Positions 30,121 to 40,105 of a stretch of DNA of 64,000 nt are shown piece after piece. Source of the stretch: an uncultured Gammaproteobacteria bacterium (GTDB lineage Bacteria > Patescibacteriota > Microgenomatia > CAYXHB01 > CAZYTL01). Where the stretch lies: assembly GCA_964650355.1 (NCBI GenBank), contig CAZYTL010000004.1:3912-67911 (forward strand). Direction: 5' to 3'. The notes beneath the pieces are model-generated. The model had not been told where the DNA came from. It made no database searches and saw nothing but the letters and a program-made list of their open reading frames with translations. Numbering within the stretch: the first letter of the stretch is position 1; each line of letters begins with the position of its first letter. The position numbers were made by a program, and so were the translations under genes.

Positions 30121-30489
30121 TCATCCTTGTCGTGATCGTTCTCTTCCGGATAACATAAACAAACCTCCGGCCACTACCGGAGGCAACAAAATCAGCAACT
30201 CCACTAACCCGACAGTCATCACAGATAACCTTCCGCGCGTAACCACCGCATAAACCACCGCCAAGACTATTCCGATCACCACCAACAATAAACCGCCTAT
30301 TTTAGGATACCTCCACCCCACCCAGGCTAACAGCACCAAAGGAGCCAACTGTACCAAATGACTCGCTCCGCTCCAGTCTCCACCCATAATTTCTCCTACC
30401 GTAAATAGTGTCAACACCCCGATCGGCAACAACAACAACCCCACCGCCACCTTCTTCATCTTTCTCCCAGTCCAAGAAACCTTCCCCAT
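30121..30489 (-). CDS. Small 4-TM membrane protein
   Basis: MGKVSW start; hydrophobic; WRYPKIGG. Confidence 0.75.
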   Translation of the reverse strand: MGKVSWTGRKMKKVAVGLLLLPIGVLTLFTVGEIMGGDWSGASHLVQLAPLVLLAWVGWRYPKIGGLLLVVIGIVLAVVYAVVTRGRLSVMTVGLVELLILLPPVVAGGLFMLSGRERSRQG

Positions 30490-30649
30490 CCTCTTTATCA
30501 TAACAAAATCCAACCGCCATCAGAACCCACTTATCAAAATCCAACACCACAAAATTGAAATATAGTGACATAGTTAGTAAAATTTATGAATAAAGTCGCT
30601 AAATTACAGACCCGAATAAATACAACTTAAATAAAGAAAGTCTAACAAG

Positions 30650-32098
30650 ATGAGTGAAACTCAAGTCCTAGAAACGGAAACCACCAATTTGACTCAGGAA
30701 AGCAAACGTCAACAAACATCTGCCAAACCTAATTGGGACCATCGCACCTTAAAACAAAAAATCGCGGAATTTCACCAGGACCAGGAGCTATCACCACAAC
30801 AATCTCAAACCTTGAGACAAGCCGAAGAACTCCTGAGCACAAACGACAACTGGCCGAAAATAAAAAGAGTCTTATTAATGCAACTCAGAAAAGGCAATCA
30901 AATTGGTGATCTCCAATATACCGTCGACCTCTTCTCTGACGTAAACAATTTCAACGAGCAAGAACGGGAAGCAGCTACCGCTTACCTCCAGCGCCGCTAT
31001 GAAAAACGCCGCGCTTTATCCGAACTCCAAGCTCAAGCCGTAGACGAACAAGTTGATTTTGCCAACGCCAGAGTGGACTTAATTACCAAAATCAAAGAAA
31101 ATCCCGACACCCAACCAGACGAATTAACCGCCCATCTGGAAACCCTTAGCAAAGAAGGTCATCTCACCCCAGATCAGCTACAGGAACTCCAAAGATGGGT
31201 GGAGATCTACCATCACAAACGGCAAAACATCACCGCAGTCAGAGCCGAACACCCTGACGACCAAGACCTTGTCAAACACCTCTACGGAATCGTTCCTACT
31301 AATTTTCAAGTAGTTGACGGCGTGGTAGCCATTGGCATAATCGGCGTCAATGATCACGACTATTATAAAATGCACTCCGGCGCCTCATTCAAAAACAGGA
31401 AACCAAGTAAGACCGAAATCGAAATCGCTCAAAAATCCGAAGGGTTTTTAAGTGAATGGTGTCAAGATGATCGATTAAACAATCAGATAATTGTTTTGCC
31501 AGATTCAATCTTAGAAGCTGGACAAAACCCAAATGACAACCCTGTTTACATTCACGAAAGAAAGCATGTGTTTAACAGCGTTGACATCGAAGCCACCAAC
31601 AAAGACAATCAAGACAGATATGAACTTTTGACTGAATCTCATACCCAATCTGGAAGGAAAAGGGATCTGCTAATAAAGCAATATTTTCGCAGTCGGAGAA
31701 ATTTTGTCGAAACCCAGTCACTAGACGAAATAAGAGCCTACAAAGCAGATGGTGAGCTTAGCAACCCTCAAATTGAATCAAGGTTAACAGGAGACAAACT
31801 CTCAGGAGGCCACGGATTTTCGCAACAAGCAATGGCAACTGAATTAGGTGGTCTGCTTCGTCGGAATGATCAGGAATACAATACTCCACTAATAGATGCA
31901 GCCAAACAAATTTTCGAAACAGAATACCAGCAAATAATCGGGGCCTCATTAGTCGCCTTTGATAAAGTCAGTGAGCTACTTAACGGAGATGCTGAACTTG
32001 CCGATGCGGTGCTCGCCGACCAGCCTTTGAGAAAGTGGCGCAAAACAGCCAAAAGAATGAACGAGGTAATCACCCAAAAACAAACTAACGCTTCATAA
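30650..32098 (+). CDS. Hypothetical protein with a zincin-like HExxH
   Basis: YIHERKH with downstream LDEIRAY. Confidence 0.7.
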   Translation: MSETQVLETETTNLTQESKRQQTSAKPNWDHRTLKQKIAEFHQDQELSPQQSQTLRQAEELLSTNDNWPKIKRVLLMQLRKGNQIGDLQYTVDLFSDVNNFNEQEREAATAYLQRRYEKRRALSELQAQAVDEQVDFANARVDLITKIKENPDTQPDELTAHLETLSKEGHLTPDQLQELQRWVEIYHHKRQNITAVRAEHPDDQDLVKHLYGIVPTNFQVVDGVVAIGIIGVNDHDYYKMHSGASFKNRKPSKTEIEIAQKSEGFLSEWCQDDRLNNQIIVLPDSILEAGQNPNDNPVYIHERKHVFNSVDIEATNKDNQDRYELLTESHTQSGRKRDLLIKQYFRSRRNFVETQSLDEIRAYKADGELSNPQIESRLTGDKLSGGHGFSQQAMATELGGLLRRNDQEYNTPLIDAAKQIFETEYQQIIGASLVAFDKVSELLNGDAELADAVLADQPLRKWRKTAKRMNEVITQKQTNAS

Positions 32099-32212
32099 TC
32101 AGTCCATCATCACAATCACTATCAGCAATCCCACCGCCGCCCGCTTCAACCTCTTCCCAGTCCAGGAAATCTTCCCCATCTTCTCCATCATACCAAAAAT
32201 CCACCTCCATCA
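32099..32212 (-). pseudogene. 5' remnant (promoter plus first codons) of a homolog of the 30121-30489 gene
   Basis: 32130-32212 aligns to 30440-30522; MGKISWTGKRLKRAAVGLL vs MGKVSWTGRKMKKVAVGLL. Confidence 0.85.
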
Positions 32213-32355
32213 CTCCTAAAACTAAACCTCTTCCTTCTACCTGCCTACCTTCTCCACTAAACGCCTCTCTGCTCTTCGGATCACCTTCTGTCCCCACTTA
32301 CCCACCATCCAACCTCCGGCTATCGCCGCATGATATACCAATGAAAATGAATTAA

Positions 32356-33450
32356 CTAAACTGAAGGATTGAACCATAGCATTTTTCTATTAACTTGATA
32401 ACGTGCCGTATCCCAATTAATGCTAAATCTCACCCCTGCAACCACTTGCAAAAAACCCTTCAAAAATACCAATCCTCCCAGTATTCTCACCAAATAAAAC
32501 TGCGGCAAATACCCCAAAACATTCCAGGTTTTATTCCGTATTGCAGTCCAAACCAACGTCGGCAACATAAACAGCAGCAAATCAGCCGACAATGCCAGAT
32601 AAAACAACTGCGAATGAGCTAATATCATCCACGGCCACAGCAAAATCCCCACTGCCACCACTAAACTGTTCAATAGTCCTTCAATCGCCAAAATTCCCAC
32701 TTCCAAATCCAGGCTTTGTCCTCCCCACGGTACCTGATATCTTGATACACACTGCCAAAAACCCGTGTACCAACGGTCAATCTGTTTCACAAAATCACTC
32801 AGCGTCCGTGGATCCTGGGTAATTACCTCTGCTCTGCTACAGTACACCACCTTACCCAATTTCCGTCTATGAATCGCATAAGTCAAAGCCATATCTTCAG
32901 TTCGGGTTCCCTCAGGAATCGGCTGTTGAGCCAAAACCCTAGACCGGTATACTGTCGCGCACCCCGGACAAACCACAATCGCTGACAACGCATCCTGAGC
33001 CTGCTTATAAACCGACTGGGCAATCTCATACTCCCACATTCGATAACAAGTCAGCCAACTATCATCCACGCTCTGCACCTTACCTACCACGCAGGCAATC
33101 TCCTTTTTTCTGTCAGCCAAGAACACCATCATTACTTCAGGAATGAAATTCTTTTTCACAATCGTATCCGCATCAATCGGCATAATAAACTCAAATCTTT
33201 CTGTCAATTTGAACTTTTTAATCCCCGCATTTAACGCCCCTGCCTTGCCCCGATTCTTGCGCAGATTAAGAATATTTTCCCGCGGTAACCATTGAGCAGC
33301 CACCTGCCTGGTCTGGTCAGCCGACCTATCATTAACCACAAACACCTGTTCTTTATCCACCACCTTTAACAATGACTCCAAACTAGAGCCCAACACCACG
33401 TCTTCATTGTAGGCAGGAATAATAATCGCTAAGTTTTGTCTAGTTTGCAT
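32356..33450 (-). CDS. Processive GT2 glycosyltransferase (PgaC/IcaA/cellulose synthase-like)
   Basis: IPAYNE, DAD, TED and QIDRW motifs; C-terminal TM segments. Confidence 0.9.
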   Translation of the reverse strand: MQTRQNLAIIIPAYNEDVVLGSSLESLLKVVDKEQVFVVNDRSADQTRQVAAQWLPRENILNLRKNRGKAGALNAGIKKFKLTERFEFIMPIDADTIVKKNFIPEVMMVFLADRKKEIACVVGKVQSVDDSWLTCYRMWEYEIAQSVYKQAQDALSAIVVCPGCATVYRSRVLAQQPIPEGTRTEDMALTYAIHRRKLGKVVYCSRAEVITQDPRTLSDFVKQIDRWYTGFWQCVSRYQVPWGGQSLDLEVGILAIEGLLNSLVVAVGILLWPWMILAHSQLFYLALSADLLLFMLPTLVWTAIRNKTWNVLGYLPQFYLVRILGGLVFLKGFLQVVAGVRFSINWDTARYQVNRKMLWFNPSV

Positions 33451-34300
33451 AAGATAAATTGATTACTTGGCTAGGTAACACCACTGTCAATCTTCGTTGT
33501 TTGACCACTTTTACAATCTGCTCGAATTTCTCCGGCGACACAGCATAAAAATCCTTGCTCTTATCAACCTGGTGAAATAACAAAACCACCCAAGATCCTT
33601 CTTCTTCCGCCCGGTCCAGCCACCTTTCCACCGTCTGCACACTAGTCGAACTATCTATAGTCACCGCCTTAATTGCGTATTTATCTTTCAATGGTAAAAG
33701 GTTAGTATCCGCATCAGCCGTCCTCATCGACTGATAATACTTCTCTGCCAAAGCCCTGATTTCCGGAGTCACTACCCCGCAAGGTGACACATACTGCTCG
33801 TGGCGCAGCCCCTCAGTTATCAAATCATGTTTAGATTGCCTGAATTCATCCTCTAATTTGTCTCCAAAAAACTGGCCATAATTACACACATGGGTTAAAG
33901 AATGGGAAGTCACTTCCCACCCGCTTGCTTGCAATTCTCTGATCTGAAACCAATTCGCATAACCGCCATAATCAGCATACGTGGTAGGCACGGCAATCGC
34001 CGCTGTATAACCGTATTTTTCTAAAATCGGCCAAGCCGTATCATATTGGCTCAACCAAGCATCATCAAGCCAAAAAGTCACCAGCGCTTGCCCATTCCAT
34101 TTAAAATCGGTGATTACTGGCTTTTTGACCACATACTGCAAAGCATCTTCCGACAATTGCCTGTGCAAATAAATCCCGTTATCATCAGCCGCTCCAGCCG
34201 TACCCGCGTTTAAATATCCCAATGTCAGGTATAAAATCAGCCCTGGAATTAATATCCAGCTCAATAAACTCAAATTAAGATTATAAACCCACTGCTTCAT
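33440..34300 (-). CDS. Polysaccharide deacetylase (CE4)
   Basis: TFWLDD, SHSLTH and LFH motifs; overlaps its operon neighbours. Confidence 0.88.
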   Translation of the reverse strand: MKQWVYNLNLSLLSWILIPGLILYLTLGYLNAGTAGAADDNGIYLHRQLSEDALQYVVKKPVITDFKWNGQALVTFWLDDAWLSQYDTAWPILEKYGYTAAIAVPTTYADYGGYANWFQIRELQASGWEVTSHSLTHVCNYGQFFGDKLEDEFRQSKHDLITEGLRHEQYVSPCGVVTPEIRALAEKYYQSMRTADADTNLLPLKDKYAIKAVTIDSSTSVQTVERWLDRAEEEGSWVVLLFHQVDKSKDFYAVSPEKFEQIVKVVKQRRLTVVLPSQVINLSYAN

Positions 34301-35739
34301 ACTTGCTTTTTATATAAATAAAATTGATCCTGACGGAAAACTAAATCATATTGTTCACTTAAATTTTTCTCCACCACGTCATGAACCTGGGTATAAACCT
34401 GATTCTTTAACTTATAGTCACTATTCAACTGAATTAAATCAAAATAACCGTTCTTAACCGCCTTTTCATACGCCTGATTCCCTTGTTCACCCTCATATGA
34501 AAACCAGTCGAAAGTGGTCATATTACTCGGCTGATTAATCCCGTCAGAAGCCAAAATCAACTGTGGCCCCGCCTCCGTCAGCACCTTATCCCCGGGCCGT
34601 TCATAATAAGCCAACGTCTCCATTAATAGACTCGCATTATCCCACAAATGATTATATCTTTGAGCCCATCCATATGAAGCAACTCCATATCCCATCACCA
34701 CCGCCGCCAACATTATCACTGACAAACCGCGCATGATCAATTTCTTGTTCCAACTTATTAACTCACTCGTCCCTATCCCGGCAATCATCGCCGCAAACGC
34801 TACTGCTAGATAAGTATGTTTATCCAAAGTCGCCAACCGATGAGTCGCCAGATGAAGGGCTAAAATCAACCCGCTAAACATTAACAGCATCCCCAGCTTT
34901 CTAACATATTTACGATTCAACATTCCAATCACTCCTAAACCTGCCATGGGCCACACCAAACCGCTATTCTTCCAAAACTCCTTTCCCACTGCCCACAAGC
35001 TGGCTGTCTCCCTGCTGGCTTGCGTCTGTAAGTAACTTAAAGTCGCATTCAAATTTAAGCTTGCATAAATAGCCCCCAACGCCACTAACGGGCTTAAAAA
35101 GTATATCAACCAAAACTTTCTCGTCTCAGCATCCTTCCGTGCCTGCCAATATCCCCAGGCCACCACGGCTGGCAAATAAATCACAATCGTATATTTAAAC
35201 AAAAACGCCCCCATCAAACACATGGCAGCTGCCATATACGTTTTGGCTGAAGTTTTCTTTTCCAGTGCCCACAAACCCAGTCCCAATCCCAGAAAAAACA
35301 GTGCATAACTGGGCATATCATACGTAGCCAACCGACTTACGTACAATGACACCGAGGATAATCCCAACACCGACATCGCCAACCAAGTGGCTGTTTTTTT
35401 CTGCGCCTTCTCTGCCAACTGATACACTACCCACCCCACGGCTGACGCCGCCACCAATCCGCAAATCACATTCACTGCTCTGGATCCCACGATTCCCCCG
35501 AAATTATATGCCAAAGCTGTTAACGCCGGATACAAATACTGGCTTCCGCCCATCCAACTCTGAGCATTGTAACTACCCCAATCATTCTTATATAGTCCCA
35601 ACTTTCCTACCACCACATAAATCGCCTCATCATTAAAGGGTGAATTATAATTTAAATTCACCCATCCCAATCCGGCAACCACCGCTAGTATCCCTGCGCA
35701 CAAAAGCCAGAAATAATTTTTCTTTAATTGCTTGATCAT
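34297..35739 (-). CDS. GT-C (ArnT/PMT, GT39/83-like) membrane glycosyltransferase
   Basis: FNDEAIY, ATYD and FKY motifs; many TM segments. Confidence 0.85.
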   Translation of the reverse strand: MIKQLKKNYFWLLCAGILAVVAGLGWVNLNYNSPFNDEAIYVVVGKLGLYKNDWGSYNAQSWMGGSQYLYPALTALAYNFGGIVGSRAVNVICGLVAASAVGWVVYQLAEKAQKKTATWLAMSVLGLSSVSLYVSRLATYDMPSYALFFLGLGLGLWALEKKTSAKTYMAAAMCLMGAFLFKYTIVIYLPAVVAWGYWQARKDAETRKFWLIYFLSPLVALGAIYASLNLNATLSYLQTQASRETASLWAVGKEFWKNSGLVWPMAGLGVIGMLNRKYVRKLGMLLMFSGLILALHLATHRLATLDKHTYLAVAFAAMIAGIGTSELISWNKKLIMRGLSVIMLAAVVMGYGVASYGWAQRYNHLWDNASLLMETLAYYERPGDKVLTEAGPQLILASDGINQPSNMTTFDWFSYEGEQGNQAYEKAVKNGYFDLIQLNSDYKLKNQVYTQVHDVVEKNLSEQYDLVFRQDQFYLYKKQV

Positions 35740-35992
35740 AAGTCAAAATCAGGTCAAAAAACCAGATTGGCGCATTATATCCCATATTAATTACTATTGC
35801 AAGCATTAATTCCCACAACATGGACTAGATCACCCCACAATCCTCCCGAGAATTACAAGGCCCATAAATAAATTAGTAAACCCATCCCGGAAAGTTTTCC
35901 TCTCCGTTAAAATCCGTTCCCCACGTCGATCAGTCCACTACAAAATTCTCTCACTCCATGAATCTAAATTTCACAATCGACTCTCTATTCCC

Positions 35993-36718
35993 CTATCTCT
36001 TCTTAGACACCACCAGCTTCTCAATATAAACATCCTGCGGTCTGGTCAAGACAAACATAATTATGTCAGTCACATCTTCAGTCCTCATCATCCAAGGCTG
36101 ATTATGGGTAGTTTTCAGTCCGGCATTCTCGTACAAATTACTCTCAAATCCCCCCGGAAAAAACTGCATTACCTTTGTACTAGAATCTTTTAGCATCTCC
36201 CTCAGAGTTTCCGTATAACCGGTCATTGCCCACTTCGTCGCTCCGTATGTCTTCCAGGGTAAATTATTAGCCCCTCCGCGTGTCACATCACCAGCACCGG
36301 AAATCACATTCATAATCATCGCCTCATCTTTACTTAAAAACTGCAGCATCTCTTCCGTAAATTGGATCTGCCCCAAAACATTAGTATCAAAAGCCTTCTT
36401 TCTTAACTCCGGCCGCTTCTTCTCCAATTCATTGTCCGTCCACACTCCGGCGTTGTTCACCAAAATATCCACCCGCGTAAACTTCTTTACAATCTTCTTC
36501 ACTGCTTCTTTAACTTGCTTACCGTCCCGGATATCGCAACTGAAATACTCAGCCGTACCTCCGGCATCTGCAATCTCCTCTTTAGCCTTCTTCAACAAAT
36601 TCTCTCTCCTAGCCACCAACACCAACTTTGCTCCCTCACCTGCCAACTTCTTGGCCAACACCTTGCCCAACCCCTGATTCGAACCCGTAACCACGACCAC
36701 TTTATCTTTCAAATCCAT
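35993..36718 (-). CDS. SDR oxidoreductase
   Basis: TGSNQGLG, NNAG and YGATK motifs. Confidence 0.92.
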   Translation of the reverse strand: MDLKDKVVVVTGSNQGLGKVLAKKLAGEGAKLVLVARRENLLKKAKEEIADAGGTAEYFSCDIRDGKQVKEAVKKIVKKFTRVDILVNNAGVWTDNELEKKRPELRKKAFDTNVLGQIQFTEEMLQFLSKDEAMIMNVISGAGDVTRGGANNLPWKTYGATKWAMTGYTETLREMLKDSSTKVMQFFPGGFESNLYENAGLKTTHNQPWMMRTEDVTDIIMFVLTRPQDVYIEKLVVSKKR

Positions 36719-36784
36719 ACTTCTCTATCTTTTCTATCAATTATACCCTAAATTTATCCTCCTAGCTTCTATAGCGTCACTCCG

Positions 36785-37114
36785 TCAAACCACCCTCATC
36801 ACTATCACAATCAGCAACCCCGCCACCACCAATCCCAACAACCACCCCGTTGTATACAGCACCAGCTTGGCCGCCTCCTCCCTCTTCTTCTCCAACATAA
36901 ATAACCTATACGGTTGATAAAACACCAATAATCCGCACACCAACGCGGAAACTGAAAAAATTAACAAAAACAATACCGGACCCCAGTATTGATCCATCTT
37001 CCCGAACAACTCCTGACCTTTCCAGAACAACATCCCCACCAATGCACAATAACCGACCACCCCGAGTGCTTGCATCAAACCTTTCTTTATCAACCAGTCC
37101 TTATTCTCTTTCAC
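36785..37114 (-). CDS. 3-TM hypothetical membrane protein
   Basis: Hydrophobic 109-aa ORF; TATAAT just upstream. Confidence 0.75.
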   Translation of the reverse strand: MKENKDWLIKKGLMQALGVVGYCALVGMLFWKGQELFGKMDQYWGPVLFLLIFSVSALVCGLLVFYQPYRLFMLEKKREEAAKLVLYTTGWLLGLVVAGLLIVIVMRVV

Positions 37115-37237
37115 TCTTATATTATAACCTCTCCCCGCAACTGCAGCCTATTCTGCCTCCCAATCCGCCTACAACTCTCCGCACGTTCTTTTGGTAAAAT
37201 CAACTAGCCTCTCGTGTTAAAATAAATCCATCCCCCA

Positions 37238-38119
37238 ATGATAGAACACACCCCCATCCTAGACAAAGAAACAGCTCAAGCCATCTTGGAGGGAGAATTT
37301 CGCTACATTTTGGGTTTATCAAAGTCAAGCAAACCCCCTCAAGATATCGGCAAGACAGCATTAGCAACCACCATCAATGCTGTCCTGGAAGCTACTCCCC
37401 ATCTCACACCCCCAGAAATAGAACAAACCTTTGGCCGGGTCATTATGCCAAATATTGAACCCCCTCCTCCTTCTCCAGAAACACAGTCTGAACCTTCCCC
37501 GTCTGCAAGTGAAGACCAGAAAGAACAAGACAAAGAGGATGCCACAGCCAAACTAAAAGGCAAGCTCCAATATGTTCTAGATTTATCAAGCCCAAGTAAT
37601 CCACTCGATTTACGGAAGAAAGCATTAGGAGCAACTGTCTACGCTATCCTGGAAGCCGTGCCCTATCTCACCCCAGAAGAAATACATCAAATCCATGAGC
37701 AAGTCCTCAGCCAACCTCTTCCTTCTGAAATACGTCGGTCAGGCCGCGAAGGCTGGGTACCGTTAGCTATGGTAACCAGTTCTCAAGGAGAACCGACTGA
37801 AATAATTTTAACTCCCAATGGCGCCATTTACCAAGTGACCGGAGAAGCCGGAACTTCCTCTTACCGGCTACAACAAACAGGAGAAGAACCCTTAAACCTC
37901 GATCAGGTCTGGACCTTAATTAAAGAAGAAACTGACAGATCCGATGGATCGACCGTCAGAACCTGGCAAACACCCATCTTAGACCCGAAAACCCAGCAAC
38001 CCGTCAAAATTAAACAAACTGTCCATCCCCTCCCCTCCGCATCAGATTGGCCTCGGGGTGTTCCCGTCCCCTCCCGACCAATAACCACCTTCGCACTGAC
38101 CAAACCAGAAGAAAATTAG
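37238..38119 (+). CDS. Hypothetical protein with a tandem ~55-aa N-terminal repeat
   Basis: DKETAQAILEG...HLTPPEI vs DKEDATAKLKG...YLTPEEI. Confidence 0.75.
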   Translation: MIEHTPILDKETAQAILEGEFRYILGLSKSSKPPQDIGKTALATTINAVLEATPHLTPPEIEQTFGRVIMPNIEPPPPSPETQSEPSPSASEDQKEQDKEDATAKLKGKLQYVLDLSSPSNPLDLRKKALGATVYAILEAVPYLTPEEIHQIHEQVLSQPLPSEIRRSGREGWVPLAMVTSSQGEPTEIILTPNGAIYQVTGEAGTSSYRLQQTGEEPLNLDQVWTLIKEETDRSDGSTVRTWQTPILDPKTQQPVKIKQTVHPLPSASDWPRGVPVPSRPITTFALTKPEEN

Positions 38120-38136
38120 TCAAACAAACTCACCTC

Positions 38137-38877
38137 TCATTTACGATCACCAATCTTCCCCATCCAATCATGAACAAAAACCACCGCTTCCTCAGTCCTG
38201 ATCGCTTCTAAAATCTTCTCAGCCACTACTTCAGGCGCATCAGCTTCAGGAATCTCATCCTCTTGTCCTCGACGCGGTTGATAAACAAAATCCACAGGCT
38301 TAATCGCCTTCTCTCCGAACCGGGTCTTCGTAATATACGGGAACACCAGACTCACTTTAATTCCGTCCTTTTCCTGTTCATTCCGAGCCGTCAACGACAA
38401 GCCGCCCAGTGCCCGCTTGGTAGCTGAATATCCACCCGAGCCAGGAAAGTAACTCAGAGCCGTGCCCGAACTGATATTCACAATCACTCCCCTTCCTTGT
38501 TCCTTCATCACCGGAATCACCATCTGCATGGCAATCAACGGCCCCACGACATTCAGCTCAAACAAATAAATAAAATCTTTAATCTCCATCTCTGCCACCG
38601 GCATATACATTCCTCTGCCTGCATTGTTAACCAGTACATCAATCTTCCCGTAATGATCTAGCGTTTGCTTCACCATCCTTCTCACCTCATCACCCCTGGT
38701 CATATCCGTTTTCACCACCAAAGAATCCTTCAGCTCTTTACTTAGCTGCTGCAGTTTATCCGTTGTCCGGCCAGCCAACGCCACCTTTGCCCCTTTCTTT
38801 GCTAACAACCTAGCCGTGGCCTCTCCGATCCCTGATGAAGCCCCAGTCACAATCACCACTTTATCCTTAACTTTCAT
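38137..38877 (-). CDS. SDR oxidoreductase
   Basis: TGASSGIG, NNAG and YSATK motifs. Confidence 0.93.
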   Translation of the reverse strand: MKVKDKVVIVTGASSGIGEATARLLAKKGAKVALAGRTTDKLQQLSKELKDSLVVKTDMTRGDEVRRMVKQTLDHYGKIDVLVNNAGRGMYMPVAEMEIKDFIYLFELNVVGPLIAMQMVIPVMKEQGRGVIVNISSGTALSYFPGSGGYSATKRALGGLSLTARNEQEKDGIKVSLVFPYITKTRFGEKAIKPVDFVYQPRRGQEDEIPEADAPEVVAEKILEAIRTEEAVVFVHDWMGKIGDRK

Positions 38878-38980
38878 ACAGCTAAAATTAAATAATCTAA
38901 CCCTATTCTAACTTAGTTCCACTTTACCTATCCAACCTGAATCTTTGATGAAATCGAAATCGCAGTTAGAAGTCAGGAGT

Positions 38981-40057
38981 CTATGCGCCCGGCACATACA
39001 CCAGCGTCTGCCCTTCTGTTAATCCCTCCACCACCTCTGCTTCCGTACTGGTCGTCTTCCCCACTTGCACCGCTTGCATCCGCCTCTGCCGCTCTGATTG
39101 GCCGGTCTGCACCCACACCATTTCCTGCCCGTCTTTATTCACCAAATACTTTTTAGGGATTACCAAAGCATTCTCTGTTTTGCCCAATACTAAATTAGCT
39201 TCCCCGTTCAGACCTAAAGCCAAATCCCAATCACAATTCTGCAACTCCACCTCTACCGGAATCGTCACCACCCCTCCGGTGGTCTCTTTACCCTCTTTCC
39301 CTATCAAAACCACCTTTCCGCTACAGCTTTCCCCGGGGAAAGCATCCAACGTTACCTCCGCCTCCTGCCCCATCTTTACCTTCTTGTAATCCACCTCATC
39401 CACGTCTGTCCCAAAATATAAACTTCCCCAATCCACCACCCGGATAAACCTGCTCCCCAAATCTCCCGCCGTCAGATTCTCCCCCGCCACCAAGTCATTT
39501 GTATCCACAACTGTACCTTTAATCGGCGACACCAGCACCGCTTCTTTCAAAACAATATCTTTAATTTCCACATTCAATACCGACCTATCCATATTAAACT
39601 GCGACTTATCCAACTCCCTTTTGATTACATCCGTAATAATCTGATCTTTATAAGTATCCAAATGCATCGTATCAAAATCCCACCGCGCCGCCATATATTG
39701 AGACAGCGCCGTTTCCAAATCTTTTTGCAATTGCCTCTGATCCAATGCTGCCACTCCCTGCCAGGCTCTGACCTCATCGCCTTCTTTAACTCCTACCCAC
39801 ACCACCTTACTGGGTAAATTAAATTTCAGATCCACCGCCTTGTGAGCTTTGACCTGCCCGTTGGCCGACACCGTTTCCACCAAAGTCTTTCTCACCACCT
39901 GAGCCGTAGTAATCCCTTCGGGTTGTTTAGTCACCAGTTTATATCCAAAAAATAGCCCTAAAATCACCACTAGCCCGCCGATCCACCGCCACTTATGGCT
40001 TAAAAATGCGCCTTTCACTCTCTGCAATAATTTATTAATCTCCATAAATATCTTCAC
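38981..40057 (-). CDS. MacA/HlyD-family membrane fusion (adaptor) protein
   Basis: N-terminal TM, VKEGDEV, SPIKGTV and VVEGLTEG motifs. Confidence 0.88.
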   Translation of the reverse strand: MKIFMEINKLLQRVKGAFLSHKWRWIGGLVVILGLFFGYKLVTKQPEGITTAQVVRKTLVETVSANGQVKAHKAVDLKFNLPSKVVWVGVKEGDEVRAWQGVAALDQRQLQKDLETALSQYMAARWDFDTMHLDTYKDQIITDVIKRELDKSQFNMDRSVLNVEIKDIVLKEAVLVSPIKGTVVDTNDLVAGENLTAGDLGSRFIRVVDWGSLYFGTDVDEVDYKKVKMGQEAEVTLDAFPGESCSGKVVLIGKEGKETTGGVVTIPVEVELQNCDWDLALGLNGEANLVLGKTENALVIPKKYLVNKDGQEMVWVQTGQSERQRRMQAVQVGKTTSTEAEVVEGLTEGQTLVYVPGA

Positions 40058-40105
40058 TTAGGCAAAAATTGTACCATAGCTCTCCTCGCCATACAACCTG
40101 ATTCC

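Noticed and set aside
35993-38877. Two SDR genes as another duplication scar
   Set aside because: Both are full-length and only distantly similar, as expected for ordinary paralogs.
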